Positions 55,104-64,000 of a DNA stretch of 64,000 nucleotides are shown here, piece after piece; within the stretch, counting starts at the first letter, position 1; each line of letters opens with the position of its first letter. The stretch spans positions 1,312,001 to 1,376,000 of the forward strand of contig CAWIIB010000001.1 in assembly GCA_963836075.1 (NCBI GenBank). Direction: 5' to 3'. This stretch comes from an uncultured Acidobacteriota bacterium (GTDB lineage Bacteria > Acidobacteriota > JAQAZP01). The notes beneath the pieces were generated by a model. That model did no database searches and had not been told where the DNA came from. It saw only the letters and a list, made by a program, of their open reading frames with translations. Made by a program: the position numbers and the translations under genes.

Positions 55104-57388
55104 CCATGACCAAGCGGACTGGAACAATGGAGGCAGTGGCCAACCCCTGGCTGGACAGCTGGCCCCGGGCCGTTTTGATCGTGCTGCTCACCCTGCTGGT
55201 CTACGTGCCGGCCATCACCGGCGGCTATGTCTGGGACGATGACTTCTATGTCACCGGCAACGCCACCCTGCGCTCTGCCGAGGGGCTCAAGCGGATCTGG
55301 ACCGAGCCGGGCGCCGTGCCCCAGTACTACCCGCTGGTCCACACCGGGTTCTGGCTCGAGTATCACCTCTGGGAGCTGGACCCCTACGGCTACCACCTGG
55401 TGAACGTCCTGCTCCACGCCTTTGGCGCGGTGCTGCTCTGGCTCCTGCTCCGCCGGCTGGCCCTCCCCGGGGCCTGGTTCGCCGCCATGATCTTCGCCCT
55501 CCACCCGATAAACGTGGAGTCGGTGGCCTGGATCACCGAACGGAAGAACGTGCTCTCCGGGCTCTTCTATTTCGCCTCGATGCTGGCCTATCTCCGCTGG
55601 GCCGGGATCGGGGAACAACCCGCGCCCGGCCCGGCAAAAGCTCCCCGCCGGGGACGCCCCGAAATGCCGGGCTGGCCGCTCTACGCCGCATCCCTGGCGC
55701 TCTTCCTCTGTGCCCTGCTCAGCAAGTCGGTGACCCTGACCATGCCGGCGGCCGTGCTCCTGCTGCTCTGGTGGAAGCGGGGCCGGGTCGGCGGGAAGGA
55801 CATTCTGCCCCTGCTGCCCTTCTTTGCCGCGGGTATCGCCTCGGGCCTGCTCACGCTCTGGATGGAGGTGACCCATGTGGGGGCCAGCGGGGCCGAGTGG
55901 TCGCTGACCCTGCTGCAGCGACTGCTGCTGGCCGGACGGATTCTGTGGTTCTACGCCTGGAAGATCTTCTGGCCAGCCCAACAGTGTTTCATCTATCCCC
56001 GCTGGGAAATAGATGCTGGTGCCTGGTGGCAGTATCTTTTTCCTGCCGGGGCCGTCTTCGCGCTGGTCTTCTTCTGGCTGATGCGGCGCCGCCTGGGACG
56101 GGGGCCGCTGACTGCCCTGCTCTTTTTCGCCGTCACACTGTCGCCGGCCCTGGGCTTCTTCAACGTCTACCCCATGCGCTACAGCTGGGTGGCCGACCAC
56201 TTCCAGTACCTGGCCGGAATCGGGCTGGTGGTCCTGGCCTGCAGCTGGGCCGCATCGCGTCTCGCCGGAGCCGGCAGCGGAGCCCGGCGTCTCATGGCCA
56301 TTGCCGGGCTGGTCCTGCTGGCCGTCCTCGGCACCCTCTCCTGGCGTCAGGGACACGCCTATGCCGACCGGGAAACCCTCTGGCGCGACACGCTGGTCAA
56401 GAACCCCGACGCCTGGATCGCCCACAACAACCTGGCCGGGCTGCTCACCGAGTCGGGCCGCTACGCCGAAGCCATCGAGCACTACACCGATACGCTGCGC
56501 CTGCGGCCCGACGACCCGGACGTCCACGCCAACCTCGGTCTGACCCTGGCCGGAACCGGAAACCTGGACGCGGCGGCGGCGGAATACCGGCTGGCCCTCG
56601 ACGCGCAGCCGGACAGCGCCGAGCTGCACGCCCGGCTGGCCGAACTGGAAGACGAGCGGGGCAACCTGGAGCAGGTCGTGGAACACTACCGGGAGGCGCT
56701 GCGCATCGAACCGGGAAATGCCCCGCGGCACACCCGCCTGGGGGTGGCACTGGCCGGGCTGGGCCGCACCGCTGAGGCCATTGCCGAATACCGGCAGGCC
56801 CTGAATCTCGACCCCACCCTGGCCGACGCCCACAACAACCTGGGGGCGTCGTTGGCCGACATGGGACAGATACCCGAAGCCGTGGCCCAGTATCTGGAGG
56901 CGCTGCGCCTCGATCCCGATTCAGCCGATGCCCGGGTCAACCTGGGCAACGTGCGGGTGGGCCAGGAACGGCTGGACGAAGCCGTGGCCCTCTACCGGGA
57001 AGCACTGGCCATCAATCCGCAACTGGCCGACGCGCACAACAACCTCGGCTTTGTCACCGCGCTTCAGGGCCGCCTGGAAGAAGCGGTGGAGTATTACCAG
57101 CGCGCGTTGAGGTTGCGCCCCGATTTTGTCAGCGCGCTGAACAACCAGGGCAATGCCCTGGCCGCCCTCGGTTTCCTGGAGCCGGCGGCGGCCAGTTTTT
57201 CCCGGGCCGTGGAGCTCCAGCCCGAATCGGCGGACATCCGCTACAATCTGGCCATGGCCCTGGCCCGCCTCGGCCGGCAGGAGTCCGCCGCAGAACAATT
57301 CCGGGAGGTGCTGCGTATCAATCCGGGTGACGGGCAGGCTCGGGCCATGCTGCACCGGCTGGAGCACGGACCACCCTTCGGGGGCTGA
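55100..57388 (+). CDS. TMTC-like membrane glycosyltransferase with TPR repeats
   Basis: YVWDD, YHLVNVLLH, FALHP.NVESVAWI.ERK, ADHFQY, multiple AHNNLG TPRs. Confidence 0.87.
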   Translation: MTMTKRTGTMEAVANPWLDSWPRAVLIVLLTLLVYVPAITGGYVWDDDFYVTGNATLRSAEGLKRIWTEPGAVPQYYPLVHTGFWLEYHLWELDPYGYHLVNVLLHAFGAVLLWLLLRRLALPGAWFAAMIFALHPINVESVAWITERKNVLSGLFYFASMLAYLRWAGIGEQPAPGPAKAPRRGRPEMPGWPLYAASLALFLCALLSKSVTLTMPAAVLLLLWWKRGRVGGKDILPLLPFFAAGIASGLLTLWMEVTHVGASGAEWSLTLLQRLLLAGRILWFYAWKIFWPAQQCFIYPRWEIDAGAWWQYLFPAGAVFALVFFWLMRRRLGRGPLTALLFFAVTLSPALGFFNVYPMRYSWVADHFQYLAGIGLVVLACSWAASRLAGAGSGARRLMAIAGLVLLAVLGTLSWRQGHAYADRETLWRDTLVKNPDAWIAHNNLAGLLTESGRYAEAIEHYTDTLRLRPDDPDVHANLGLTLAGTGNLDAAAAEYRLALDAQPDSAELHARLAELEDERGNLEQVVEHYREALRIEPGNAPRHTRLGVALAGLGRTAEAIAEYRQALNLDPTLADAHNNLGASLADMGQIPEAVAQYLEALRLDPDSADARVNLGNVRVGQERLDEAVALYREALAINPQLADAHNNLGFVTALQGRLEEAVEYYQRALRLRPDFVSALNNQGNALAALGFLEPAAASFSRAVELQPESADIRYNLAMALARLGRQESAAEQFREVLRINPGDGQARAMLHRLEHGPPFGG

Positions 57389-57409
57389 GATGAACAAGGA
57401 GGTCGGCAC

Positions 57410-58213
57410 ATGACACGCACGGGCGGTACCATCTGGGTCATTCTGGGCATCGTTGCGGCGATCCTGTTGATGCTGGGCCTGATCTACGGCCCGGACCTCT
57501 ACCGCAAGGGTGAATCCATCGTGGCCCCGATCATGCAGTTGACCAAGCTGGATGAGTCGGTGAACGAGCTGGACGCCGCCCTGCCCTTCACACCGCCGGA
57601 CAACGGGGTGGCCAGCGAAGAGCGGTTGCTGGTGTTTCTCGAGGTGCGCCGGCAGCTGGTACCGCACTATGAGGAATGGCTGGCCATCGAGAAGCAGATC
57701 GAGCGGAGCGGAGAGGAGAATTTCGAAACCGCCGGGCAGGTGCTGGGCAGCGTGACCGATGTCTTCGACGCCCAGATCGACACCCTCCGCGGTCTGGGCA
57801 TGTCGCCGGCCGAGTTTCGCTGGTACGAGTTCGCCGTCTATGACGGCTGGCTGGACGAGGTGGAGCTGATGGATGTCACCGGTTCCTCGCTGGCCAATAC
57901 CGGTGAGATCAGCGACATGACCAGAGGCGATCTGGAATTCGTCGATCTGCAGATCTCCCGGCACGGTTCCTCCCCGGCCCTCGCCGCCGTGCGTCAGCGG
58001 CTGGCCGCCCGTCTGGACACCATGGACAACCCGGCCGCCCCGGAAATCGAGGGGGTCGCCATGGAGAACAGTGCGCTCTTCTGGCGGCACCGCGAATCCA
58101 TCGCCCGGCTGAAACTCGATCAGCACAATGACATTCACTCCCGCCTCCGCGAAGGAAAAGACGGAGTGCACATCAACATCAACCGGCCGGCGAAAGCGGA
58201 CGACAGCCAGTAG
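57410..58213 (+). CDS. Membrane-anchored hypothetical protein
   Basis: AAGGAGG RBS, single N-terminal TM, coding-like composition. Confidence 0.65.
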   Translation: MTRTGGTIWVILGIVAAILLMLGLIYGPDLYRKGESIVAPIMQLTKLDESVNELDAALPFTPPDNGVASEERLLVFLEVRRQLVPHYEEWLAIEKQIERSGEENFETAGQVLGSVTDVFDAQIDTLRGLGMSPAEFRWYEFAVYDGWLDEVELMDVTGSSLANTGEISDMTRGDLEFVDLQISRHGSSPALAAVRQRLAARLDTMDNPAAPEIEGVAMENSALFWRHRESIARLKLDQHNDIHSRLREGKDGVHININRPAKADDSQ

Positions 58214-58358
58214 CGCCGCCCTCGGTCAACAAAAAATTCATTCGCGATTTCCCTTCACGACAAACACGTCTTTGCCGATAACTGTACCGGGACAGGGTAC
58301 GGCCGGAACGGTGTTTGCTGCCCGGCCGCCCCGGACGGCCCGTCTGGAGGGAGAGGTC

Positions 58359-60068
58359 ATGAAACCCCGTCGAGATGGCGAATTGAGCCTGCGCCGCTAC
58401 ACACTGCAGGCCCTCAGTCTTCTGGTGGTCCTGCCCTTCCTCACCCTGCTCTACGTCTTCCGCGAGCACCTGGAGGGCAAGGTGCCGGTGCTCCTCCTGG
58501 TGGTAGTCCTCTCCCTGCTCGGTTTCTACCTGCTGTGGGTCCTGATCCGCTCGATCACCAGGCTGCAGCGGGGGCTGGAAAAACTCTCCCGGGGCGAATC
58601 CAACTCGATCAGGATGGACGGTGGACCGTCCCAGCTGCGCGAGATGGCCGAGATCATCACCGCCCTGAACCAGTTGACCATCGACTTCCGGGAGAACGCA
58701 CAGCAGTTGGAGCACTTCATCGACCAGTTCGCCACCCTGGCCGAAATCACCGAATTCACCGCCCGGATACCCGACATCGGCAAACTGCTGCAACTGATCC
58801 TGTCCAAGGCGGTATCCGCCTCCGGTGCGCGCAGAGGATCCGTGCTGCTGCTGCGGGACAACGGCGAAGAAATGGAGATCGTGGCCCATGAGGGGTGGAA
58901 TCTGACCGATCGTGGCAACAGAACGGTGCGCTTGAAGGGATCGGTGGCCGAAAAAGTGATCAGCACCAGCAATCCGCTGCTGGTAAAACACCTGGACCAG
59001 GAGCAGGAACTCCCCCGGACCAACGATTCCGCGACCTATTCCTCGCCGTCCTTCCTGATCATGCCTCTGAAAACCAACAGCGGCACGGTGGGCGCGGTCT
59101 GCCTCTCCGACAAACAGGGCAACGCCCCGTTCACCACCCAGGACCAGCAGTTCCTCACCGTCCTGCTGGGCCAGGTGGGATATGCCGTGGAAAACGCCCG
59201 CCTGCTCAAACAGGCCCGCGAAGCGGCCCACAATCTCAGCCAGACGGTGCACGAACAGGAACTGGAAATCGAGGAAGCACACCACCAGATCCTGCAGTCG
59301 CAGAAACTCTCAGCTCTGGGGCATCTGGCCGGCGGGCTGGCCCACGATTTCAACAATATGCTGCAAGCCATTCTGGGACACACCGCCATCGCCCAGCGAG
59401 GGCTGGAGCATGACCCGCGGCGCAGTGCCGCGCTGGACCATGTCTGCCAGGCGGCCGAACGGGCCGGCGCGCTGATCGGTCAAATGCTGGCCTTTGGCCG
59501 GCGACAGACCCTCCAGACCCGGGTGCTGGGTCTGAACAGCGTGGTGGAAGACCTGATGGAAATGATGGAGCACCTGATCGGCTCCAGCGCGGCGATCGAA
59601 CTGACCATGGACCTGGATCCCGATCCCGGCAAGGTCAATGCCGATCCGCAGCAGGTGGAGCAGGTGCTGATGAACCTCTGCCTCAACGCCCGCGATGCCA
59701 TGCCCGACGGCGGCCGGCTGATCATTCGCACCGGGACAGCGGACCTGGACCGCATTTTTTGCGAACGCCACCCCTGGGCCCACACCGGAACATTCTCTTT
59801 CTTCTCGGTCAGTGACACCGGCTGCGGCATGGACGACGACACGCGCCACCATATCTTCGAGCCGTTTTTCACCACCAAGGACCCGGGACGGGGCACCGGT
59901 CTCGGCCTCTCCACGGCCTACGGGGTGATTAAACAGCACGGCGGGATGATCGACGTGGAGAGCGCTCCCGGCAAAGGAACGACGTTTACGGTCTATTTGC
60001 CGCTGACCAACCGGCCCGCGGAAGTCTTGGAGACTCCCGATGGCCGACCCGCTTTGACGGCCAGCTGA
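58359..60068 (+). CDS. Membrane sensor histidine kinase (HAMP-like + GAF + HisKA + HATPase)
   Basis: Two TMs, GAF (SFLIMPL..VGAV), [25 protein letters not shown]. Confidence 0.92.
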   Translation: MKPRRDGELSLRRYTLQALSLLVVLPFLTLLYVFREHLEGKVPVLLLVVVLSLLGFYLLWVLIRSITRLQRGLEKLSRGESNSIRMDGGPSQLREMAEIITALNQLTIDFRENAQQLEHFIDQFATLAEITEFTARIPDIGKLLQLILSKAVSASGARRGSVLLLRDNGEEMEIVAHEGWNLTDRGNRTVRLKGSVAEKVISTSNPLLVKHLDQEQELPRTNDSATYSSPSFLIMPLKTNSGTVGAVCLSDKQGNAPFTTQDQQFLTVLLGQVGYAVENARLLKQAREAAHNLSQTVHEQELEIEEAHHQILQSQKLSALGHLAGGLAHDFNNMLQAILGHTAIAQRGLEHDPRRSAALDHVCQAAERAGALIGQMLAFGRRQTLQTRVLGLNSVVEDLMEMMEHLIGSSAAIELTMDLDPDPGKVNADPQQVEQVLMNLCLNARDAMPDGGRLIIRTGTADLDRIFCERHPWAHTGTFSFFSVSDTGCGMDDDTRHHIFEPFFTTKDPGRGTGLGLSTAYGVIKQHGGMIDVESAPGKGTTFTVYLPLTNRPAEVLETPDGRPALTAS

Positions 60069-60157
60069 CCTGGTCCTCTCCTCCACCAGGCCCCCCTTCT
60101 GTTGTAAACTTTACCGGTAGGCCGCCGGCACGCACCGGCCCAGACCACCACGTCACC

Positions 60158-61798
60158 ATGGAGGGAACCGGAATGCCCCGGAAACAACTATGCACGGCAC
60201 GTCTGACGGCGGCCCTGTTGTCAATACTTCTCCTGGCCACCCCCGCCGCCGGGAACGAACCGCTGCCGCTGATCGTCGACACCGACATGGGGCTGGACGA
60301 CATGCGGGCCATGGCGTTGATCCTCGATGCCGACCAGCTGAAGGTTCACGGTGTGAGCACGGTATTCGGCTCCCAGGAGCCCCGCCGGGGCGGCAAGGCG
60401 ATGATCAGGCTGCTGGGCGGGGTGGGCCACCGGCGGATCCCGGTCTCTCCCGGAGCCGACGAACCACTGGAAGGCAAGTTCGAACCGCCGGCGTGGCGCC
60501 CGCTCTGCGAGACAGCCACCGATAGCCTCTACGGCAATGAAGGGCACATCCTGCTCCACGAAGAGGCCCCACAGATGATCTCCCGGCTGGCCCGCCGGGA
60601 AGGCGACCAGGTCCGGCTGGTCTGTCTCGGCCCACTGACCAACCTGGCCCTGGCCCTGGAGGCCGATCCCGGGCTGCCGGAGGTTGTGCACACCCTGATC
60701 GTGGCCTGTGCCGACACCGCCGCACCGCATTTCAACATCACCGCCGACCCCGAAGCCGCGCAGCGCGTGCTTGCCGCGCCCTGGAAGCGGGTGGTGCTGC
60801 TGGGCGGCTGGGATGATTCCATCGGCGCCGATTTCGCCGATGTCCTGCAGGGGATCGAAAAGGAACGGATCGGTGGACAGACGGCACGGGCCCTGGGGTT
60901 TCTGTGTGGTTCGGCCGAACACCTTGCCCTCGGTGACGAGCTGGCGGCCCTCTACCTGATCAGGCCCTCGCTCTTCAGCGGATCGGAACCGTTCTGCGCA
61001 ACAGTGGCCCTGGAGGGCGCGGAGCGCGGGCTGGTTTCTTCCCGGCCGAGCGGCGGCAGCCCCTGCCGCGTGGAAACCGCCGTTCCGGCCGTGGCCGGGC
61101 CGGTCCTGGTGCGAACCATGCTGGACAGCATCGGCGGCCTGCTGTTTGAGGAAGCGGCTCCGGTCTCCGCCGCCGGCCACCAGCACGATTCCACCGGCAC
61201 CCTGCTCAAACAGTTCCCGCCGCTGGAGCAGAGCGGATACCGGGAAGACGTGGCGCTGATGATGGAGCGCATCATAGAGGCCCACGGCGACGAGGAGTGG
61301 CGCTGGTCGGTGCTCACCGGAGAGATCCACGGCCACCTGGGGATCTATTCGGTGGTCGGGGTGAAGATGGGCATCAGGGCGCTGGAGATTCTTGGGGCCG
61401 CCAGGGAATCGGTTGAGCTGTCCCCCCACTGCGGTTCGCAGCCGCCGCTGAGCTGTCTCCAGGACGGCCTGATGGTCAGCACCGGCGCCACTCCCGGCAG
61501 GGGCCTGCTGCTCTCCTCCACCGGCGCCCTGCTCCTGCCTCCGCTCTATGTCGACGAGGAGCTGGACGACCCGTCCGCCCGGGGCCCCGCGGCAGCAGCC
61601 AGTTTTTACCTCGGGGAACGGATGATCACCATCCGCCTGCTCCCCGATGTCCAGCAACTGATCGGCGAGCGGATCGGTGCGCTGGCCCGGCGCTACGGCG
61701 GGACAACCGGTGAGAACTACTTCACCGCCCTGCGCACCGAAGCCCTGAAACTGCAGCTGGAACTGGACCGCAACGAAATTTTCGAGGTCTTCGAGTAA
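60158..61798 (+). CDS. Nucleoside hydrolase-like domain fused to an FmdE-like domain, secreted
   Basis: DTDMGLDD, LGPLTNLA, FNITADPEAA; then EIHGHLG..G.KMG, PPLSCLQDG..VSTGAT.G. Confidence 0.8.
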   Translation: MEGTGMPRKQLCTARLTAALLSILLLATPAAGNEPLPLIVDTDMGLDDMRAMALILDADQLKVHGVSTVFGSQEPRRGGKAMIRLLGGVGHRRIPVSPGADEPLEGKFEPPAWRPLCETATDSLYGNEGHILLHEEAPQMISRLARREGDQVRLVCLGPLTNLALALEADPGLPEVVHTLIVACADTAAPHFNITADPEAAQRVLAAPWKRVVLLGGWDDSIGADFADVLQGIEKERIGGQTARALGFLCGSAEHLALGDELAALYLIRPSLFSGSEPFCATVALEGAERGLVSSRPSGGSPCRVETAVPAVAGPVLVRTMLDSIGGLLFEEAAPVSAAGHQHDSTGTLLKQFPPLEQSGYREDVALMMERIIEAHGDEEWRWSVLTGEIHGHLGIYSVVGVKMGIRALEILGAARESVELSPHCGSQPPLSCLQDGLMVSTGATPGRGLLLSSTGALLLPPLYVDEELDDPSARGPAAAASFYLGERMITIRLLPDVQQLIGERIGALARRYGGTTGENYFTALRTEALKLQLELDRNEIFEVFE

Positions 61799-61863
61799 GT
61801 TCCGATCAAGAGTTTTCCCTCTGTTTCCGATGAGAAATTCATCATATCGGGAGGACAGGGACC

Positions 61864-62094
61864 ATGATCGGACCGCTCAAACTTGTTGCCAGCATGGCCG
61901 CCCTGGTCCTGGTGGCTGTCCTGCTGGTCACCCTTTCCACCAGCCCGGCCGAAGCCGATCCGGAGGGCGCCCCGGCCGGCGGCGACGGCCCGGGCACCAT
62001 GCCGGCGCCCCACGAGTGGGTGATGGTGCTGTTGCTCTTCGCCCTGGTGATTGCCTACCACCACTGCCGCTCGTCCCACCACCGGCAGCTCTGA
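61864..62094 (+). CDS. Small secreted protein with a CTERM-like sorting tail
   Basis: Signal peptide ending AEA, 14-aa G/P/D linker, MPAPHEW + TM + His/Arg tail; GGAGG upstream. Confidence 0.6.
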   Translation: MIGPLKLVASMAALVLVAVLLVTLSTSPAEADPEGAPAGGDGPGTMPAPHEWVMVLLLFALVIAYHHCRSSHHRQL

Positions 62095-62105
62095 ACTCCT
62101 GCTCA

Positions 62106-62134
62106 TTGCCTGTCCCGGACCCATCTTCTATAAT
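62106..62134 (+). promoter_or_regulatory. Sigma70-type promoter of the DUF362-GT operon
   Basis: TTGCCT-17 bp-TATAAT. Confidence 0.55.
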
Positions 62135-62188
62135 TCTGCCTGACGTTCGCCGAACCCATGTGTAAAACATCAGATAGAGGCCCGAGCC

Positions 62189-63229
62189 GTGGTAAGCCGC
62201 GCCGCAACAGAGCTGGTACAGCCCGAAGTCGCCATCCACCGCGTGGGCCCGTCGGTCCAGGACTCGGTGCGCGCGACGCTGGAAGCGGTGGACTGGGAAT
62301 CGCTCATCCCCGAAGGGGCCGACGTGGCCCTCAAGGTCAACCTGACCCACGACATGCTGATGCCCGGTTCCAACACCTCCCCCTGGGTGGTGGAGGGGGT
62401 GGTGCGGACCATCGGGGAGCGGGTGGGCACCATCTACCTCACCGATGCGGACCAGGTGCTGATCAAGGTGGCCACCGCCTTTCGCCGGTCGGGGCTGGGC
62501 CCGGTCTGCGACAAATACGATTTGAAATTCCACAACCTCTCCAGCGGGCGTTTCGAGATCGTCGAACGGGAGCTGGACGGCGAGACCTTCCGCTTCAAAT
62601 ATCCGGAGTTCCTGCGCGGGGTGACCACCATCACCCTGCCGGTGCTCAAGACCCACTTCCGCTGCATGATCACCGGCGCGCTGAAAAACCAGTACGGCTG
62701 CCTCGAGGTCGCCAGGCACAACTTCCATGACCAGCTCTCGCAATACATCTGCCTGGTCAACGCCGAGGTACGGCCGGCCCTCTCGCTGATGGACGGCACG
62801 GTGGGGATGGAGGGGGACGGCCCCAAATCGGGGCTGCCGCGGGTCTGCGACCTGTTGCTGGCGTCGGCCGACCCGGTGGCCCTGGACACGGCGGCGGCGC
62901 GGGTGATGGGCTTCGACCCGGAACGGATCGAGCACATCGTACTCTGCCACAGGGAGGGGTTGGGCCGGATGGACGGGATCCGCTATCCCGGCCTCGACCC
63001 GGCGGAGGCCAACCTGAACTTCCAGCCGCCACAGGAAAACTTCGTCGCTAAAATCGAAGGACGCCTGCGCCACGCCCCCGGGGCGGGGAAGATTTTCAGC
63101 GGCGGCCTGCTGACCTTCTTTTCGTTGGGCGCCAAACTCTGGTACCTGGTCTGGTACTACATCCTCACCGGGCGCCGACGCCGCAACCGGATTCTGAAAA
63201 CACGCTACGGACCGCAGTTCAAATCATGA
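62189..63229 (+). CDS. DUF362 family protein
   Basis: VALKVNL, PVLKTH, TGALKN.YGC, DGTVGMEGDGP, DPVALD. Confidence 0.88.
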   Translation: MVSRAATELVQPEVAIHRVGPSVQDSVRATLEAVDWESLIPEGADVALKVNLTHDMLMPGSNTSPWVVEGVVRTIGERVGTIYLTDADQVLIKVATAFRRSGLGPVCDKYDLKFHNLSSGRFEIVERELDGETFRFKYPEFLRGVTTITLPVLKTHFRCMITGALKNQYGCLEVARHNFHDQLSQYICLVNAEVRPALSLMDGTVGMEGDGPKSGLPRVCDLLLASADPVALDTAAARVMGFDPERIEHIVLCHREGLGRMDGIRYPGLDPAEANLNFQPPQENFVAKIEGRLRHAPGAGKIFSGGLLTFFSLGAKLWYLVWYYILTGRRRRNRILKTRYGPQFKS

Positions 63230-64000
63230 CCAGTGCCCACCAGCCAGGAGAAGAGAGCCGGCGCGCCCGGCGTCTGGCGGCGCTGCTGCTCATCCTCGCC
63301 CTGGGCTTCGGCCTGCGCGCCGTCTCGCTGGCCCGCCACCACCTGCCGGCGGCCGACGGCTCGGCCACCACCCTGGAAGTGGCGGCCCACCTCAACCAGG
63401 GCCAGGGCTACACCACCAACCGCAAGTGGCTCTTCTTCGAGGAGGACCGGGGGTTCCCCATCCCCGAAGGGAACCGCCAGCCGCTGCTGCCGCTGCTGGT
63501 GGCCCTGATCTTCCTCGCCACTGGACCGAGCCACACCGCCGCCCAGTGGCTGGTGCTGGGCTGCGGGCTGTTGCTGATCCCCATGGTCTACTGCCTCGGC
63601 CGCCGGCTCTACGGCACGCGCACCGGCCTGCTGGCCGCGCTGTTCACCGCCCTTTCCCCGGCCCAGGTCTGGTTCGGCTCCATGGTGGAGGACCAGGTCT
63701 TCTTCCAGCTGGGCTTCATCCTGATGCTGCTGCTCTGGTATCGCTGGTGGGACGCCGGTGAACCGGAGGCCCCGGCCGGAAAGAGCAGGGCCCTGCCCTT
63801 CCTGGTGCTGGGCGGGGTTGCCGGCCTGGCCTGGCTGGCCCGGCCCAACGGCCTGCTGCTCACCGCGGCCCTGGGTCTGAGCATCCCGCTGGTCATCAGC
63901 AGCGTGCCGGCCTGGCGGAATCGCCGCCGCACAATGGCCGCCGGCCTGGCCTGCCTGGCCCTGGTCGGTTTTCTGGCCGTGGCCACCTCGTGGATGGTGC
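63226..64000 (+). CDS. GT-C (ArnT/PMT-like) membrane glycosyltransferase; runs off the window edge
   Basis: Not in the ORF track. Manual translation from the ATG overlapping the DUF362 stop: MTSAHQ..LLLILALGFGLRAV..ADGSATTLEVA.HL.QGQGY..RQPLLP..GLLAALFTALSP..GLAWLARPNG. Confidence 0.8.
   Translation, partial: MTSAHQPGEESRRARRLAALLLILALGFGLRAVSLARHHLPAADGSATTLEVAAHLNQGQGYTTNRKWLFFEEDRGFPIPEGNRQPLLPLLVALIFLATGPSHTAAQWLVLGCGLLLIPMVYCLGRRLYGTRTGLLAALFTALSPAQVWFGSMVEDQVFFQLGFILMLLLWYRWWDAGEPEAPAGKSRALPFLVLGGVAGLAWLARPNGLLLTAALGLSIPLVISSVPAWRNRRRTMAAGLACLALVGFLAVATSWMV

Noticed and set aside
1-64000. tRNA, rRNA, integrase or transposase genes
   Set aside because: None recognised by eye; a covariance-model search would be needed to exclude small RNAs

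Overview
GC-rich bacterial chromosomal window, probably from an uncultured diderm; the lineage cannot be fixed from the sequence. About 50 genes; no rRNA, tRNA, CRISPR or mobile element recognised. Main blocks: (1) a minus-strand envelope-glycosylation operon with two B12-dependent radical SAM enzymes, a YdjC/HpnK-type deacetylase, two Dpm1-like GT2s, two GT-C transferases and a methyltransferase (1.9-11.1 kb); (2) housekeeping genes (SulP, mobAB, glgC, S9 peptidase, HEAT + HD-GYP, PLP dehydratase/racemase, saccharopine dehydrogenase-like, SDR, USP); (3) an orphan PrdB/GrdB-like selenoprotein with in-frame UGA (UxxC) and a SECIS-like hairpin, split in two by the ORF track (28.3-29.1 kb); (4) three tandem secreted beta-helix/BACON-like/FG-GAP-like paralogs (31.2-38.4 kb); (5) a split lexA-dinB/imuB-dnaE2 mutagenesis cassette whose two promoters share a candidate new SOS box (TTTCG-N6-TTTCG, two inverted copies per promoter), interrupted by an OprC-like TonB receptor and a DUF1579 gene that carry a separate 25-bp IscR/Rrf2-like palindrome also found 7.5 kb away; (6) TPR/GT-C membrane proteins, signalling genes, a nucleoside hydrolase-FmdE fusion and a tiny CTERM-like protein. 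Four apparent single-base frameshifts, three in the same G(G)AC context, suggest systematic sequencing error.
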